From Eledone cirrhosa (taxonomy: Eukaryota): a stretch of DNA of 64,000 nt. The stretch spans positions 210,242,001-210,306,000 of the forward strand of contig OZ024741.1 in assembly GCA_964016885.1 (NCBI GenBank), given 5' to 3'. The notes under the pieces were generated by a model, which saw only the letters and a program-made list of their open reading frames with translations, did not search any database and had not been told where the DNA came from. The position numbers and the translations under genes were made by a program. Below, piece by piece: positions 43,180 to 57,425 of the stretch. The first letter of the stretch is position 1; every line of letters begins with the position of its first letter.

Positions 43180-44114
43180 TAATTGTTTCTACTTTTGGCA
43201 CAACGGCCAGCAATTAACCCAATGAATTACTGGTACTTTATTTTATCGGCCCCGTAAGGATGAAAGGCAAAGTAAACCTCAGCAGGATTTGAACTCAGAC
43301 AATAAAGGGCCGTAACTCTATATTGCAAAGCATGGCGTCCGACTCTAACAATACAGCCAATCCACCGCCTTACTAATAATAATTTCATTTATTGGCCACA
43401 GGGGCCGACATATAGGGGACAATACAAAAGACTGGGACAGTGGGGTTTTACAGAAAAATCGAGTAAACAATATGAATAACAATAACAAAGTAACAATAAA
43501 AATACAACTTCTCAGCACTTCTCTCTCCACCCTCACCTTCCTTTCCAAGTGAAACTAGAAGAAGTTGATGAGGGATTGACCGATGAGAAAAGAGTCTGTC
43601 TTCAGTCCTTTCAACCTCGTCCACCATACAACCTCTTTCGCTACTGCTACCAGACAGGGAAAATTGTCTGCCCTTCCTGGCCAAAAGAACACCGCCTTAC
43701 TAATAATTGTTTCTACTTTTGGCACAAGGCCAGCAATTACCCAGTACATTACTGGTACTTTATTTTATCGACCCCGGAAGGATGAAAGGCAAAGTTAACC
43801 TCGGCGAGATTTTAACTCAGATCATACAGGGAGGTAACTCTATGCTTCATAGCATGGCATCCGACCCTCTACCGATACTGCCAATCCACCGCCACCTTAC
43901 TAATAATGGCTTCTGATTTAAGCTCAAGACCAACAGTTGTGTAGGAGGGGAAAGTCGATTGAATCGGACCTAGTGCATTACTGGTATTTTATTTTATTAA
44001 CCCCTTAAGAATGAAAAGCAAAGCTGACCTCGGTGGGATTTGAACTCCTAGAACAGAGAGTCGGAACGAATGCCACCAAGTATTATATCCGACGTTCAAA
44101 CCACTGCCAATTCG

Positions 44115-44117
<3 letters not shown>
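43180..44117 (-). mobile_element. SINE cluster (43180-43372, 43700-43895, 43900-44117) enclosing a Tx1-like 3' fragment
   Basis: SINE consensus repeated. Confidence 0.8.
43375..43686 (-). pseudogene. L1/Tx1-like LINE 3' end fragment
   Basis: CLVAVAKEVVWWTRLKGLKTDSFLIGQSLINFF / ERKVRVEREVL, homologous to 17625-17850; ends in short (TTA)n. Confidence 0.8.
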
Positions 44118-44688
<571 letters not shown>

Positions 44689-44790
44689 AATATAATAAAT
44701 AAAAAATCATCGACAATTAGTTATCAGCATTGTGGCGGCTGTATATTTAAATTTCAGAAGAATGGGACAAACATTCATTGGTTCCTTTGT

Positions 44791-44833
<43 letters not shown>

Positions 44834-45179
44834 GATTGTCGCATATGAGACAGTTGCGAGTGTGTATCTGATTGGTGTGGTTGTATGACTGCCCATACCT
44901 AATACGCTTGCGCGATATATGGACATTAGTGTGGGAGCCTACAGGCCGGCAGGGCTGCGACAAGACGCGACCGGTTCAATCATGCTAGCCCTTACCCACT
45001 ACAGTAGTAATTCCGATATAAGAAACAACTTTGATTGACAGGTGGCAATTGAAAGGCCAAAAATACCGATGACGTGTACAATTCTTGACCACTCATAGAA
45101 TGAAAACAATAGGATCTAAGCTGCCGAGCGAAGGCAGCGGGTGTAACTGGATATTTGGAAACTCTGCTTCGTAGAATCG

Positions 45180-45263
45180 AGACATATCTGAGGATCTTGC
45201 GATTTCAGAGTCAGGTTTCGAAAGTGCCGAGCTGGTCGCCAGAGAAACAATTGTAATATGTCT
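45180..45263 (+). ncRNA. Type I hammerhead, canonical core, extended stem II
   Basis: agacatat CTGAGGA tct-t-gcga..tcgc-c-aga GAAA caattg TA atatgtct; perfect 8-bp stem I; palindromic stem III; AATAAA immediately after. Confidence 0.9.
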
Positions 45264-45305
45264 AATAAATCTTATTCGACGCACTACTGATTCTCCGTTT
45301 CTCAT

Positions 45306-45384
<79 letters not shown>

Positions 45385-45440
45385 ATAGACACACACACAC
45401 ACACAGATATATATATGTGTATGATATATATATATATATA

Positions 45441-47152
45441 TTTATTAAAATAACAGATTAAAGTTTAAGCAAAGAATCGCTGCTTTCACTCTAAACGGGA
45501 TCTTCTGAAACTAAAAAGAAACAATCTGTGAACGCAGAAGTAAATATTCCGAAAAACGTTGCAACCGAAGGAAGACTGGAAGACGATACTTTGGCTCGTA
45601 GAAACGTCCCCTGGCAAAGAACGAAAAAAAAACGAAGATAATACGTCATCATTTGGAGCAGAAAACAATTACACGCAAAGACAAAACCACGTTTATGATA
45701 TAAACGAAGTCGTGGACTAATATTCTATTAGGTGGTTCGTGGAGACGTTCCCTGGCAATGAACGAAACAAAACGAAGATAATACGTCATTATGTTGTCGG
45801 TGAGAACAATTACGCGCAAAGACAAAACCACGTTTATGGTATAACTGAAGTTGTAGACTAAAATTCTATGTAGGAAACCAAATGATTCTCGGTTACAGAG
45901 TTAAGAATAATGTAAATAAATTACAGAGGGAATTGAAATCAACAAAAATTAAATATATACATACACGCATCCATATACGTACATACACATGCATACGCGA
46001 AAACACCCGCCATGGGTATGCAAAATCATGCATGTACACAAAAAAAACACGCACGTACATAGAGAACCCACGCAACATCTGTACCCACACACATACGAAC
46101 ATATACACCAAATACACATAAATATATATATATATAAAAATATATATATATGTGTGTGTGTGTGTGCGTGTATACATATAATTATATAAACGTATATAAA
46201 TATACACACATAAATACGTATATAATGCGCGCATACACATACCTACATGTAAATACACATATGTTCGCATGATGTACGTCAACCAAAACACAAACTACAC
46301 ATATACACACACCCTACATACGTACGAACTCGCATACTCACACAGACGCAAAACTCACGTATACACATAACCAAATGCACATGTACCAGTATATATAATA
46401 TAATATATACGCCTATAACATATACAAGCAAATATACGTACGAGAAAGTATACGTACCTTCACAAAAATACAGGTAATATATACTTACCTATACAAATAA
46501 GTAATGGTATAAACATAACATATACTTAGCTACCACATCAAGACGTAGAATATCCGCGTATAGTTCGTACTATCTGTTAGGGTATAACGTGGGGCTGTAA
46601 TGCAGGAAAGTTATGTGCAATTTATGTTTACAAGCCGAAATTGCCTCAAATTTTTTGTTTAAGATGTGGTCTTTGGCGTAGAGTATTTCCAGGGCTTCAG
46701 CGGCGCAGAGGTCACATGGTCTTTTATTTCCGTTATACGATCTAGCTTTAGCTAGGATCTCCCAGTGTAACTTATATTGGGTGTGGTTCTCTTTTAGACT
46801 CCAGATATGAGCTAAAAGTGACGTCATATTCCTTCTTAAAGGGTTAAGAAAAGAATGGATATGCATGTAAAGACGCTGCTTGAATCTATTGGCGGTTAAC
46901 CCTATGTAGGCACTACGGGACGTGGGTGTTTCAACCTTACATTTGTAGACAATGTTACTAGAGAGGCATTTCCCAGATAGGGGGTAGTCAACCCGATTCC
47001 TACAATTACAGTTAGTACCAGCTACAGGGTTGCACGTGTTCCTACGGCTAGGTGATTTAGCTAAATTTGAAGCTGTGATGTTATGTGCAAGGTTAGGAGT
47101 CGTAGAGTAAGATATTTTAATGGTATTCCTATTAAAAATGTTACTATATTTA
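45441..47152 (-). mobile_element. 5'-truncated PLE: open GIY-YIG frame (46570-47150) plus ~1.1-kb 3' region ending in an HHR
   Basis: [91 protein letters not shown]. ~135-bp tandem duplication at 45590-45870. Confidence 0.92.
45462..45512 (-). ncRNA. Hammerhead motif, U4A variant
   Basis: agttt CAGAAGA tcccgtttagagt GAAA gcagcgattctttgc TT aaact. Confidence 0.65.
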
Positions 47153-47162
47153 TGTGTATGTA

Positions 47163-47244
<82 letters not shown>

Positions 47245-47943
47245 CACACACACATTCATACATACATAAATACAAATGTACACACATTCACATATACATA
47301 ATACATACACACATTCATACATATGTACACACATTCATACATACACACACACATTCATACATTCATGCATACATACACATCCCTCACTCCCTCCATCCAT
47401 CCATCCATCCATCCATCCATACATACATACATACATACATACATACATACATACGCACACACATATACATACATTATCATAAATGTTTGCTGTTATTTAC
47501 CAAACAATGCTTTCAAAGGTTTGAAATAAATCTTTTGTTGCATTAGTCGTTTTTCAGACATTTTAGAGAAGAAATATGGTCGTTAAAAAGACTCACTAGA
47601 TTTTACGTTGAGATAAGGTAGATGCCATAGAAACGTCTTGATCTTCCTAAATGATTGACTTCATAGTGGTCAGAATCCAATAGATTTGTATTGGACATTT
47701 ACTGGCCATTCTCTGATCATTCATCTTAAAAGAAATATCGATTTGATGGACAGCAGGCATCTAAAAAGCAATATGGACGGAAATAAGACGTCGTTGACAT
47801 CTTTGCTGAATCTCTCTTTCTTTATCTCCGGGTGTGTGTATATATCTATCTTTACGTCTCCCACACACTCTCTCCCTCTCTCTCTCTCTCTCTCTATCTT
47901 TATATATATATATAGTAATAATAATAAATGTGAAGACTAAAAT

Positions 47944-48002
47944 CCGAAGAGAGCACGTTAAGGGTGAAAGCAGCGATTCTTTGCTTAAACTTTAATCTGT
48001 TA

Positions 48003-48010
<8 letters not shown>
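47944..48010 (+). ncRNA. 3' half of the same hammerhead family with CCGAAGA core, stem I lost
   Basis: CCGAAGA..cgttaagggt GAAA gcagcgattctttgc TT aaact. Confidence 0.45.
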
Positions 48011-48034
<24 letters not shown>

Positions 48035-48087
48035 AGGAAAAGAAATCGAAAATGTCACAGGAGTCTTTTTAAGAATATTTATTTGTT

Positions 48088-48124
48088 TTCTTTTCCGGTT
48101 TCAGAGATATGCTTTTCAAAAGAA
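48088..48124 (-). ncRNA. Degenerate U3-A8 type hammerhead remnant
   Basis: ttctt TTGAAAA gcatatctct GAAA ccgg AA aagaa; stem II unpaired and U16.1 lost. Confidence 0.35.
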
Positions 48125-48232
48125 GAACTGAGATGGAGGGTTTGTGGTTTTTATCGTATATATATATATATATATATATATATTGCGTGAGATGGAAGCC
48201 AGTCAGAGTATAGCTTAAGGCTTTCTCTGTTA

Positions 48233-48758
48233 ATCAAGACGTAAAATATCCACGTATAGATCGTACTATCCATTAGGGTATAACGTGGGGCTGTAATACA
48301 GGAAAGTTTTGTGCAATTTATGTTTACAAGCCGAAATTGCCTCAGATTTTTTGTTTAAGATGTGGTCTGTGGCGTAGAGTATTTCCGCTGAGGCCCTGGA
48401 AAAACTCTACGCCACAGACCACATCTTAAACAAAAAATCTGAGGCAATTTCGGCTTGTAAACATAAATTGCACAAAACTTTCCTGTATTACAGCCCCACG
48501 TTATACCCTAATGGATAGTACGATCTATACGTGGATATTTTACGTCTTGATGTGTGAGCTAAGTATATGTTATGTTTATACCATTACTTATTTGCATAGC
48601 GAACGTTTCCACGAACCAAAGTATCGTCTTCCTGTCTTCCTCCGGTTGTAACGTTTTTTGAAATATCCACTTCTGCGTTTACAGATTGACTTTGTTAGTT
48701 TCAGAAGATCCCGTTAAGGGTGAAGGCAGCGATTCTTTGCTTAAACTTTAATCTGTTA

Positions 48759-48765
<7 letters not shown>
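48233..48765 (+). mobile_element. Short PLE copy with 154-bp inverted 5' duplication and internal deletion
   Basis: 48233-48386 is the reverse complement of 48398-48551; the sequence matches the end of the GIY-YIG ORF at 46535-46700. Confidence 0.9.
48697..48747 (+). ncRNA. Hammerhead motif, U4A variant, additional A15.1G
   Basis: agttt CAGAAGA tcccgttaagggt GAAG gcagcgattctttgc TT aaact. Confidence 0.6.
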
Positions 48766-48826
<61 letters not shown>

Positions 48827-49100
48827 ACCCATTTGCAACCACGCAGCACGCCATTTTTTCATAGTTTTCATATATTTATATATTTTCCTCCGCTGTGACC
48901 CGTCTGTTTCTTTCTTACTGCTTCCCCTTTCTCTGTATATCTCACTTTCTTTTTACCTCCTCTGCCAGAAGTATATGGTCTTTAAAGCGATGAAATACCA
49001 ATGAAGGCTGGAAGATCACTGATGAACGTCTAATTTTATTCATATGTAACCCTTCTGCAACTACGCAGCACGCCATTTATATATATATATATATATTCGA

Positions 49101-49168
<68 letters not shown>

Positions 49169-49181
49169 ATATATGTGTGTA

Positions 49182-49324
<143 letters not shown>

Positions 49325-49325
49325 A

Positions 49326-49362
<37 letters not shown>

Positions 49363-49681
49363 GTAGATAAATCTACCAAGAGTTTACGGTAGTGTCCAAT
49401 CCGTATGAAGAACTCAATGTAATCCGGATATCATGGAAAGAAGAGATGCAATGAAAAATCACTTTCGGTGAAAGATAAACGGAATACAGAGTCAAGATAA
49501 AATATTAAAAAAATAATGAATAAAACAATGAAACAGTTCCTTATATTAAACAAAAAAAGTTCATTATTTAACGATCGTTTCTAGGATATATATGTGTTAG
49601 ACTTGGCATGCATATTCAACAGATCTATGTACAAAATTATACAAAATTATACAAACTATCAAAATTAAATATACATACCAA

Positions 49682-49690
<9 letters not shown>
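49363..49690 (-). mobile_element. Second copy of the 25367-25695 repeat; HHR truncated by (TA)n
   Basis: gtagataaatctaccaa..ccaatccgtatgaagaactcaatgtaatcc shared; GAAA cgatcg TT half retained. Confidence 0.8.
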
Positions 49691-49767
<77 letters not shown>

Positions 49768-50231
49768 GCAAAGAGGCTGACTGAACACATATGTGCTTTT
49801 TCTCAAAAAAAATTTTTCCTTACTCTGTTTTCTCTTTTATTTGTCATTCCATTTAATGAAGGCCTAATTCCCGAATCATAAAAGCTCTCTTCCTTCTATA
49901 TCAACCGTGGAACTAATATATTTTTACATGGTACTGTGTCGTTTGTTTTGTTATTTTCGTTTACCTTTGGGATACATATATATTTGTGGCTGTGGAGTTC
50001 TGAGCCAAAGGGAGAGAATCCGTCCTTTATTTTGGCTGTACAAGTCTAGTGCCTTTCAAGCCGCAATTTTCTGGTTAATGTAATCAGTAACAGAGTTGAC
50101 CCCGAAGTATGGATTTTACTTACGATGAGACTATTGAGAACATTGTTCACTTCGTTCCTGGCTGCCTACTAATAATTCTCCGCGAGTTACGGCATAGAGA
50201 GAGGAAGAGAGGGGGAGATAGAGAAAGAGAG

Positions 50232-50349
50232 AAGAAGAAGAAGAAGAAGAAGAAGAAGAAGAAGAAGAAGAAGAAGAAGAAGAAGAAGAAGAAGAAGAAG
50301 AAGAAGAAGAAGAAGAAGAAGAAGAAGAAGAAGAAGAAGAAGAAGAAGA
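50232..50349. repeat. (GAA)n microsatellite
   Basis: Direct. Confidence 0.97.
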
Positions 50350-50419
50350 CAAATAGTATCACCTACATGCAGTAACCAGAGAGGAGACTGTGACAATGTG
50401 TTTCCACTGTGAACAGCGA

Positions 50420-50745
50420 CAGATGCATGTATTGCCCTGTAACTCATGAGGGAGTCGTAAAGGCACTGTATTGACATACGACGTTTCTAGGCCATTTGTA
50501 AACGTGTCGGAGCTCAGCTCCTATCCAGATTCGAATGCGGCAGATTTCTACCACAGAAGGATAATGAGAAAGTGAGGGAATGGAAATTAGAAGGATATAA
50601 ACGAAGAATCGACCCTAGTACTAGACTGGTACTTTTTCTAATCATTATCGAATTGATGAAAGCAAAGTTGACTTCGGCAGGATTTTTCTTCAGAGGGCAG
50701 AGCATTCTATCCGACGTTCTAACTACTCTGCCAATTCTACGTCGG
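50420..50745 (-). mobile_element. Degenerate SINE with hairpin-type tail
   Basis: Same layout as 25700-25985. Confidence 0.65.
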
Positions 50746-51556
50746 TCACTGACAGATGGAGCCATGCTAAAGGTACGGGTATAATTGTGAAGAACTCTAA
50801 AAGAAAAATATGCTTCTTAACTGATATGAGCATACCATCGAATTATTTTAGAAAGCCCAGTAAATATAAAAATTGAAAAAAAAAAAAAAAAATGTTGCAT
50901 CTTAAAGGCCTGTAGAATACCAATGATGGTTGGTGCACTTGGGGAGATAATAAAAAAAAAAGGGAACAGAAAAAAAAAATATTCGGATCATCTGTGCAAC
51001 ATTTCCAGAAAATATTGCTGACTGGCGCTGTCCTTGTACTGAGAATCAATTTAAATAACATGCAAAGATATTTGCTGTTGTGTTTGTATACTTATTGTAT
51101 CAGTTCTACGCCAATTCATTGTTAAATGTGTGTATTACCAGATCTTTGCCTCAAGTACCAGGTTGACACGCGGCAGGTTATGACAAAAAAGAAAAGTGTA
51201 AAGGATGTTTGAATAATAATGATAATAAAAATAATAGTAATAGTAAACATGATATGTGTAAGTTGAAAAATTTCAATGATGTAATAGTCTCTGAGGCAAC
51301 GAGGCAGCGAGGCAACTAAGGTTATATATATATATATATATATATAAATATAAATTCAGCGAGAATCTCATTTCGGCGAGTAAAAAAAGCGAAACGAAAC
51401 GCAAAATCATATATATATAAATATATATGTATATATATATATACATATATATTTATGAATATATGGATACACACACATTCACTCACACGCACACACACAC
51501 TCCCCCCACACACATATATATATATAAACATACACACATATATATATGAATATATG

Positions 51557-51558
51557 GA

Positions 51559-51657
<99 letters not shown>

Positions 51658-51790
51658 GTATGCATGTATGTATATATGTATGTATTTATGTATGTGCGTA
51701 CGTATGTATGTATGTATGTATGTATGTATGTATGTATGTATGTATGTATGTATGTATGTATGTATGCATGCATGTATGTATGTATGTGTG
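51557..51790. repeat. (TATC)n followed by (TATG)n
   Basis: Direct. Confidence 0.95.
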
Positions 51791-52138
51791 TATGCGTCTA
51801 GGTGTGTCTATGTGAATGTTTTAAATCTATGTGAAGGTATGTATGTATACACATCTATTCAGCTATTTGTCAAATTATCAGATATATTGCTTTAACACGT
51901 TACATATATGACCGGCTCCTTGTCAGGCGCATGAAACAAGGTTAGATAAATAGAAACAGCAACGCACGCATAAATAACCCCACGAAAATAACAGAACAGC
52001 AACTAAAAAAAAATAGCCACATTTCACCACGTCTATTGACAGATCCCTCACCAGACTCACCACATTTAACCCTTTCGCTGAAAATATGGCAGCATCGACA
52101 GAAAATATTGTGTGTGTATATATAGATATATGTATATG

Positions 52139-52201
<63 letters not shown>

Positions 52202-52250
52202 AATATAGCTGTGTAAAATTGCCTCCTGTGTTTGGTTGTTCATTTTCAAC

Positions 52251-52283
<33 letters not shown>

Positions 52284-52454
52284 GTGTGCGTATAACTATC
52301 TCTCTCGCTCTCTCTCTCTCTCTATATATATATATATGTAAACATATTTATGCATTCATACCCGTATATATATATCTATGTATCTATACATATATACATA
52401 TGTATAGATATATCTTGCCACTATATGTATAAATATGTATGTATTTATACACTA

Positions 52455-52518
<64 letters not shown>

Positions 52519-52722
52519 AATATATATATATATTTACATATATTATTGTACAAATATGTAAATGCATATATTTAAAAGGGTAAAAAATGGATGGCACTTA
52601 TTAGTTGGATGACAAGAATAAGGTAAAACTTCAAGGATGTTGATTCTCATATGTTCATGTTTAGACATGAATACTAAAGAGGAAGAAGGGAGTCAATATA
52701 CAACAACATAAAAATATAGGAA

Positions 52723-52771
<49 letters not shown>

Positions 52772-53716
52772 TATATATATATACAGACATATACATATAT
52801 ATATATATATAAAAAGGGAAAAAATGAAACGAAATTTCATTTCTCACTCTTAGTACGGCTGTTACTTAAATATACATACTTATATATATATATATATATA
52901 TACTTATCTATGTATATATATGTATGTATGGGAGAGAGAGAGACAGGGAGAGAGATATATAGGGAGAGAGAGATATAGGGAAAGAGAGAGAGACAGGGAG
53001 AGAGAGAGACAGGGAGAGAGAGATAGAGAGAGAGAGAGAGAGATGCAGAGAGAGAGACAGGGGGAGAGAGATACAGGGAGAGAGAGATACAGGGAGAGAG
53101 AGAGACAGGGAGAGAGAGAGACAGGGAGAGAGAGATAGAGAGAGAGAGAGAGAGATAGAGAGAATAAGAAAAATGAAGAAATACAGATTAAAAGTATAAA
53201 ATGAAGAAGCAAAGCTTTCTGTGTTGTGTGGAGAGAGTGGGGGTGGGTAGGATGTGTGGAGTGGTGGGGGTGGGCTTTTGTGTGGAAGGGTGGGGTGGGG
53301 GTGTCGTGTGGAGGCGTGTGGGGTTGGTTGTGTGGAGGTGTTGTATAGAGGGTGTGGGGTGGGAGTGGTGTATAGAGGGTGTGGGTGGGGTGTTGTATAG
53401 AGGGTGTGGGGCGGGGGTGTTGTATAGAGGGTGTGGGTTGGGGGTGTTGTGTGTAGGTTGTGGGGTGGGTCGGTGTGTGTGTAGGCGTGTGTGGGTGTGG
53501 GTTTGTTGTGGGGTTGGGGTGTGTGTGGGGTGGAAAAGTGTGTGGGAGTGTGTGTGTGTTGTGTGGAGGGGTGTGTGTGTGTGTTGTGTGGTTGGGCTGT
53601 TGTGGTGTGTGGGAGTGTGTGTGTTGTGTAGAAGGTTTTGTAGTTTTATTTGTGTGTCAGTGTAGGGATGTTTAAATGTGTGATTATATGTATATTTATG
53701 TGTGTGTCTGTTTACT

Positions 53717-56385
53717 AGTGAGAAACAGGGAGTGTGTGTGTGTGAGAAGGTGTGTGTCTGAGAGAGAGAGTGTGTGTGAGAGAGAGAGAGAGTGTGTGAG
53801 AGGGTGTGTGTGTGTGAGAAGGTGTGTGTTTGTGAGAGAGAGAGTGTGTGTGTGAGAGAGAGAGTGTGTGAGAGAGAGTGTGTGTGAGAGAGAGAGTGTA
53901 TGTGTGTGAGAGAGAGAGTGTGTGTAGGAGAGAGGGTGTGTGTGAGAGAGAGAGTGTGTGTGTGAGAGAGAGAGTGTGTGTCAGAGAGAGAGTGTGTGAG
54001 AGAGAGGATGTGTGTGTGAGAGAGAGAGTGTGTGTGAGAGAGAGAGTGTGTGTGAGAGAGAGAGTGTGTGAGAGAGAGGATGTGTGTGAGAGAGAGAGTG
54101 TGTGAGAGAGAGAGAGTGCGTGTGTGCGAGAGAGAGTGTGTGTGAGAGAGAGAGGGTGTGTGAGAGAGAGAGTATGTGTGAGAGAGAGTATGTGTGAGAG
54201 AGAGGGTGTGTGTGAGAGCGAGTGTGTGAGAGAGAGTGTGTGTATGTGAGAGAGAGTGTGTGTGTGAGAGAGTGTGTATGTTTGTGAGAGAGAGAGTGTG
54301 TGTGAGAGAGAGAGAGTGTGTGTGAGAGAGAGTGTGTGTGAGAGAGAGAGTGTGTGAGAGAGCGTGTGTGTGAGAGAGAGTGTGAGAGAGAGAGTGTGTG
54401 TGTGTGAGAGAGAGAATGTGTGTGAGAGAGAGTGTGTGTGAGAGAAGGTGTGTGTGTGAGAGAGTGTGTGTGTGAGAGAGAGAGTGTGTGTGTGAGAGAC
54501 AGAGTGTCTGAGAAAGACAGTGTGTGAGAGAGAGAGTGTGTGTGAGAGAGAGTGTATGTGTGAGAGAGAGAGTGTATGTGAGAGAGAGATTGTGGGTGAG
54601 AGAGAGAGAGAGTGGGTGAGAGAGAGAGTGTGTGTGAGAGAGAGTGTGTGTGAGAGAGCGAGTGTGTGAGAGAGTGTGTGTGTGTGTGAGAGAGAGAGTG
54701 TGTGTGAGAGAGAGAGTGTGTGTGAGAGAGAGAGTGTGTGTGAGAGAGAGAGTGTGTGTGAGAGAGAGTGTGTGTGAGAGAGCGAGTGTGTGAGAGAGTG
54801 TGTGTGTGTGTGAGAGAGAGAGTGTGTGTGAGAGAGAGTGTATGTGTGAGAGAGAGAGTGTGTGTGAGAGAGAGATTGTGGGTGAGAGAGAGAGAGAGAG
54901 TGGGTGAGAGAGAGAGAGTGTGTGTGAGAGAGAGTGTGTGTGAGAGAGCGAGTGTGTGAGAGAGTGTGTGTGTGTGAGAGAGAGAGTGTGTGTGAGAGAG
55001 AGAGTGTGTGTGAGAGAGAGAGTGTGTGTGAGAGAGAGAGTGTGTGTGTGTGTGAGAGAGAGTGGGTGTGTGAGAGAGAGTGTGTGTGTGTGAGAGAGAG
55101 TGTGTGAGAGCGAGAGTGTGTGAGAGAGAGAGAGAGTGTGAGAGAGAGAGTGTGTGTGTGAGAGAGTGAGTGTGTGTGAGAGAGAGTGTGGGTGAGAGAG
55201 AGAGTGTGTGTGAGAGAGAGTGTGTGTGAGAGAGCGAGTGTGTGAGAGAGTGTGTGTGTGTGAGAGAGTGTGTGTGAGAGAGAGAGTGTGTGTGAAAGAG
55301 AGAGTGTGTGAGAGAGAGTGTGTGTGTGAGAGAGAGAGTGTGTGAGAGAGTGTGTGTGTGTGTGAGAGAGAGTGGGTGTGTGAGAGAGAGTGTGTGTGTG
55401 TGAGAGAGAGTGTGTGAGAGAGAGAGTGTGTGTGTGTGTGAGAGAGAGTGTGTGTGAGAGAGAGAGTGTGTGTGTGAGAGATAGTGTGTGTGTGTGAGAG
55501 AGAGTGTGTGAGAGAGAGAGAGTGTGAGAGAGAGAGTGTGTGTGTGAGAGAGTGAGTGTGTGTGAGAGAGAGTGTGGGTGAGAGAGAGAGTGTGTGTGAG
55601 AGAGAGTGTGTGTGAGAGAGCGAGTGTGTGAGAGAGTGTGTGTGTGTGTGAGAGAGAGTGTGTGAGAGAGAGAGTGTGTGTGAGAGAGAGAGTGTGTGAG
55701 AGAGTGTGAGAGAGAGAGTGTGTGTGAGAGAGGGTGTGTGTGAGAGAGAGAGTGTGTGAGAGAGAGAGTGTGTGAGAGAGAGTGTGTGTGTGAGAGAGTG
55801 AGTGTGTGTGAGAGAGAGTGTGGGTGAGAGAGAGAGTGTGTGTGAGAGAGAGTGTGTGTGAGAGATAGAGTGTGTGAGAGAGTGTGTGTGTGTGTGTGAG
55901 AGAGAGTGTGTGAGTGAGAGAGTGTGTGTGAGAGAGAGAGTGTGTGAGAGAGTGTGAGAGAGAGAGTGTGTGTGAGAGAGGGTGTGTGTGAGAGAGAGAG
56001 TGTGTCAGAGAGAGAGTGTGTGAGAGAGAGTGTGTGTGTGAGAGAGAGAGTGTGAGAGAGTGTGTGTGTGTGTGAGAGAGAGAGTGTGTGTGTGAGAGAC
56101 AGTGTGTGTGTGAGAGAGAGAGTGTGTGAGAGAGAGTGTGTGTGTGAGAGAGAGAGTGTGTGAGAGAGCGAGTGTGTGTGAGAGAGTGTGAGAGAGAGAG
56201 TTTGTGTGAGAGAGGGTGTGTGTGTGAGAGAAGGTGTGTGTGTGAGAGAGAGAGTGTGTGTGAGAGATGGTGTGTGAGAGAGAGAGAGTGTGTGTGAGAG
56301 AGAGTATGAGATTGAGAGAGACAGAGAGAGAGAGAAAGGCAGAGAGGGAGGGAGAGAGTGAGTGTGAGAGAGAGAGAGAGACATA
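53717..56385. repeat. ~2.6-kb compound (GA)n(GT)n satellite
   Basis: Alternating short GA and GT runs, with recurring variant marks (gcgag, gggtg). Confidence 0.97.
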
Positions 56386-56389
56386 TAGA

Positions 56390-57055
56390 GAGTGTGTATG
56401 TTTGTGTGTATGTGCATGTGTGTTTATATGTAATTTTGTAATGTATATGTATGTATGTGTAGATGTATGCGTGTGTATATGTATGTATTACATGTATCTG
56501 TGTATGTACGTATGTATACATTTATGTATATGTGTATTTATGTGTGTATGTATAATGTATATGTATGTAATTGACTCTACATATGTATGTATACTTGTAT
56601 CTACATATGTTTACATATATAGATGTATGTACGTGTATATGCATGTATGTATGCGTGTGTATATGTATGTATTACATGTATCTGTGTATGTACGTATGTA
56701 TACATTTATGTATATGTGTATGTATGTGTCTATGTATAATGTATATGTATGTAATTTACTGTACATATGTATGTATACTTGTATCTACATATGTTTACAT
56801 ATATATGTATGTATGTGTATATGTATGTATGTATGTATGTATGTATGCGTGTGTATAAGTATGTATTACATGTATGTGTGTATGTACGTATGTATACATT
56901 TATGTATGTGTGTATGTATGTGTGCATGTATGCATGTATGTATATATTTATGTATGTTTGTATAAATACATGCATGTATGTATATACGTATGTATATATG
57001 TATGTATATATCTATGTATATATGTATATACGTATGTATATGTAAGTATGTATGA
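56390..57055. repeat. (ATGT)n-derived region with ~185-bp internal duplications
   Basis: tatgtattacatgtat.tgtgtatgtacgtatgtatacatttatgtat occurs three times. Confidence 0.85.
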
Positions 57056-57139
57056 CATGTCGGTCTACAGTGTGACAATGCCAGAAGGTACAATACATGT
57101 AGAAATGCAGGTATAATTTGGGATAGAATGAGTGGGGTG

Positions 57140-57425
57140 GGAGAGAGGTACTGACTGAGAGAGAGAGAGGGAGAGAGAGAGCGAGAGGTACTGACCCTGA
57201 GAGAGGGTACTGACTGAGAGAGGGAGGTAGTGACTGAGAGAGAGGGGTACTGACTGTGAAGAGGGGTACTGACTGAGAGAGAGAGAGGGAGGTACTGACT
57301 GTGAGAGGGGGAGGTACTGACTGAGAGTGAGAGAGAGGTAGTGACTGTGATAGGGGGAGGTACTGACTGAGAGAGAGAGAGTGAGAGAGAGAGAGAAAGA
57401 GAGAGAGAATTGGGGTGACTGTGAG
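57140..57425. repeat. Minisatellite gaggtactgactgaga
   Basis: Direct, ~10 copies. Confidence 0.85.

Noticed and set aside
49764-49885. Two hammerhead-like remnants (ctgcaaa..gaacacatatgtg; ttaatgaaggc..ccgaatc)
   Set aside because: Multiple core mismatches and no stems; indistinguishable from chance
52008-52060. Minus-strand CTGGTGA...GAAA motif
   Set aside because: Core mismatch, no A15.1-U16.1 pair and only a wobble stem I
53715-56521. 900-aa and 846-aa ORFs (SHTL repeats)
   Set aside because: Stop-free read-through of a (CT)/(CA) compound microsatellite, open in multiple frames
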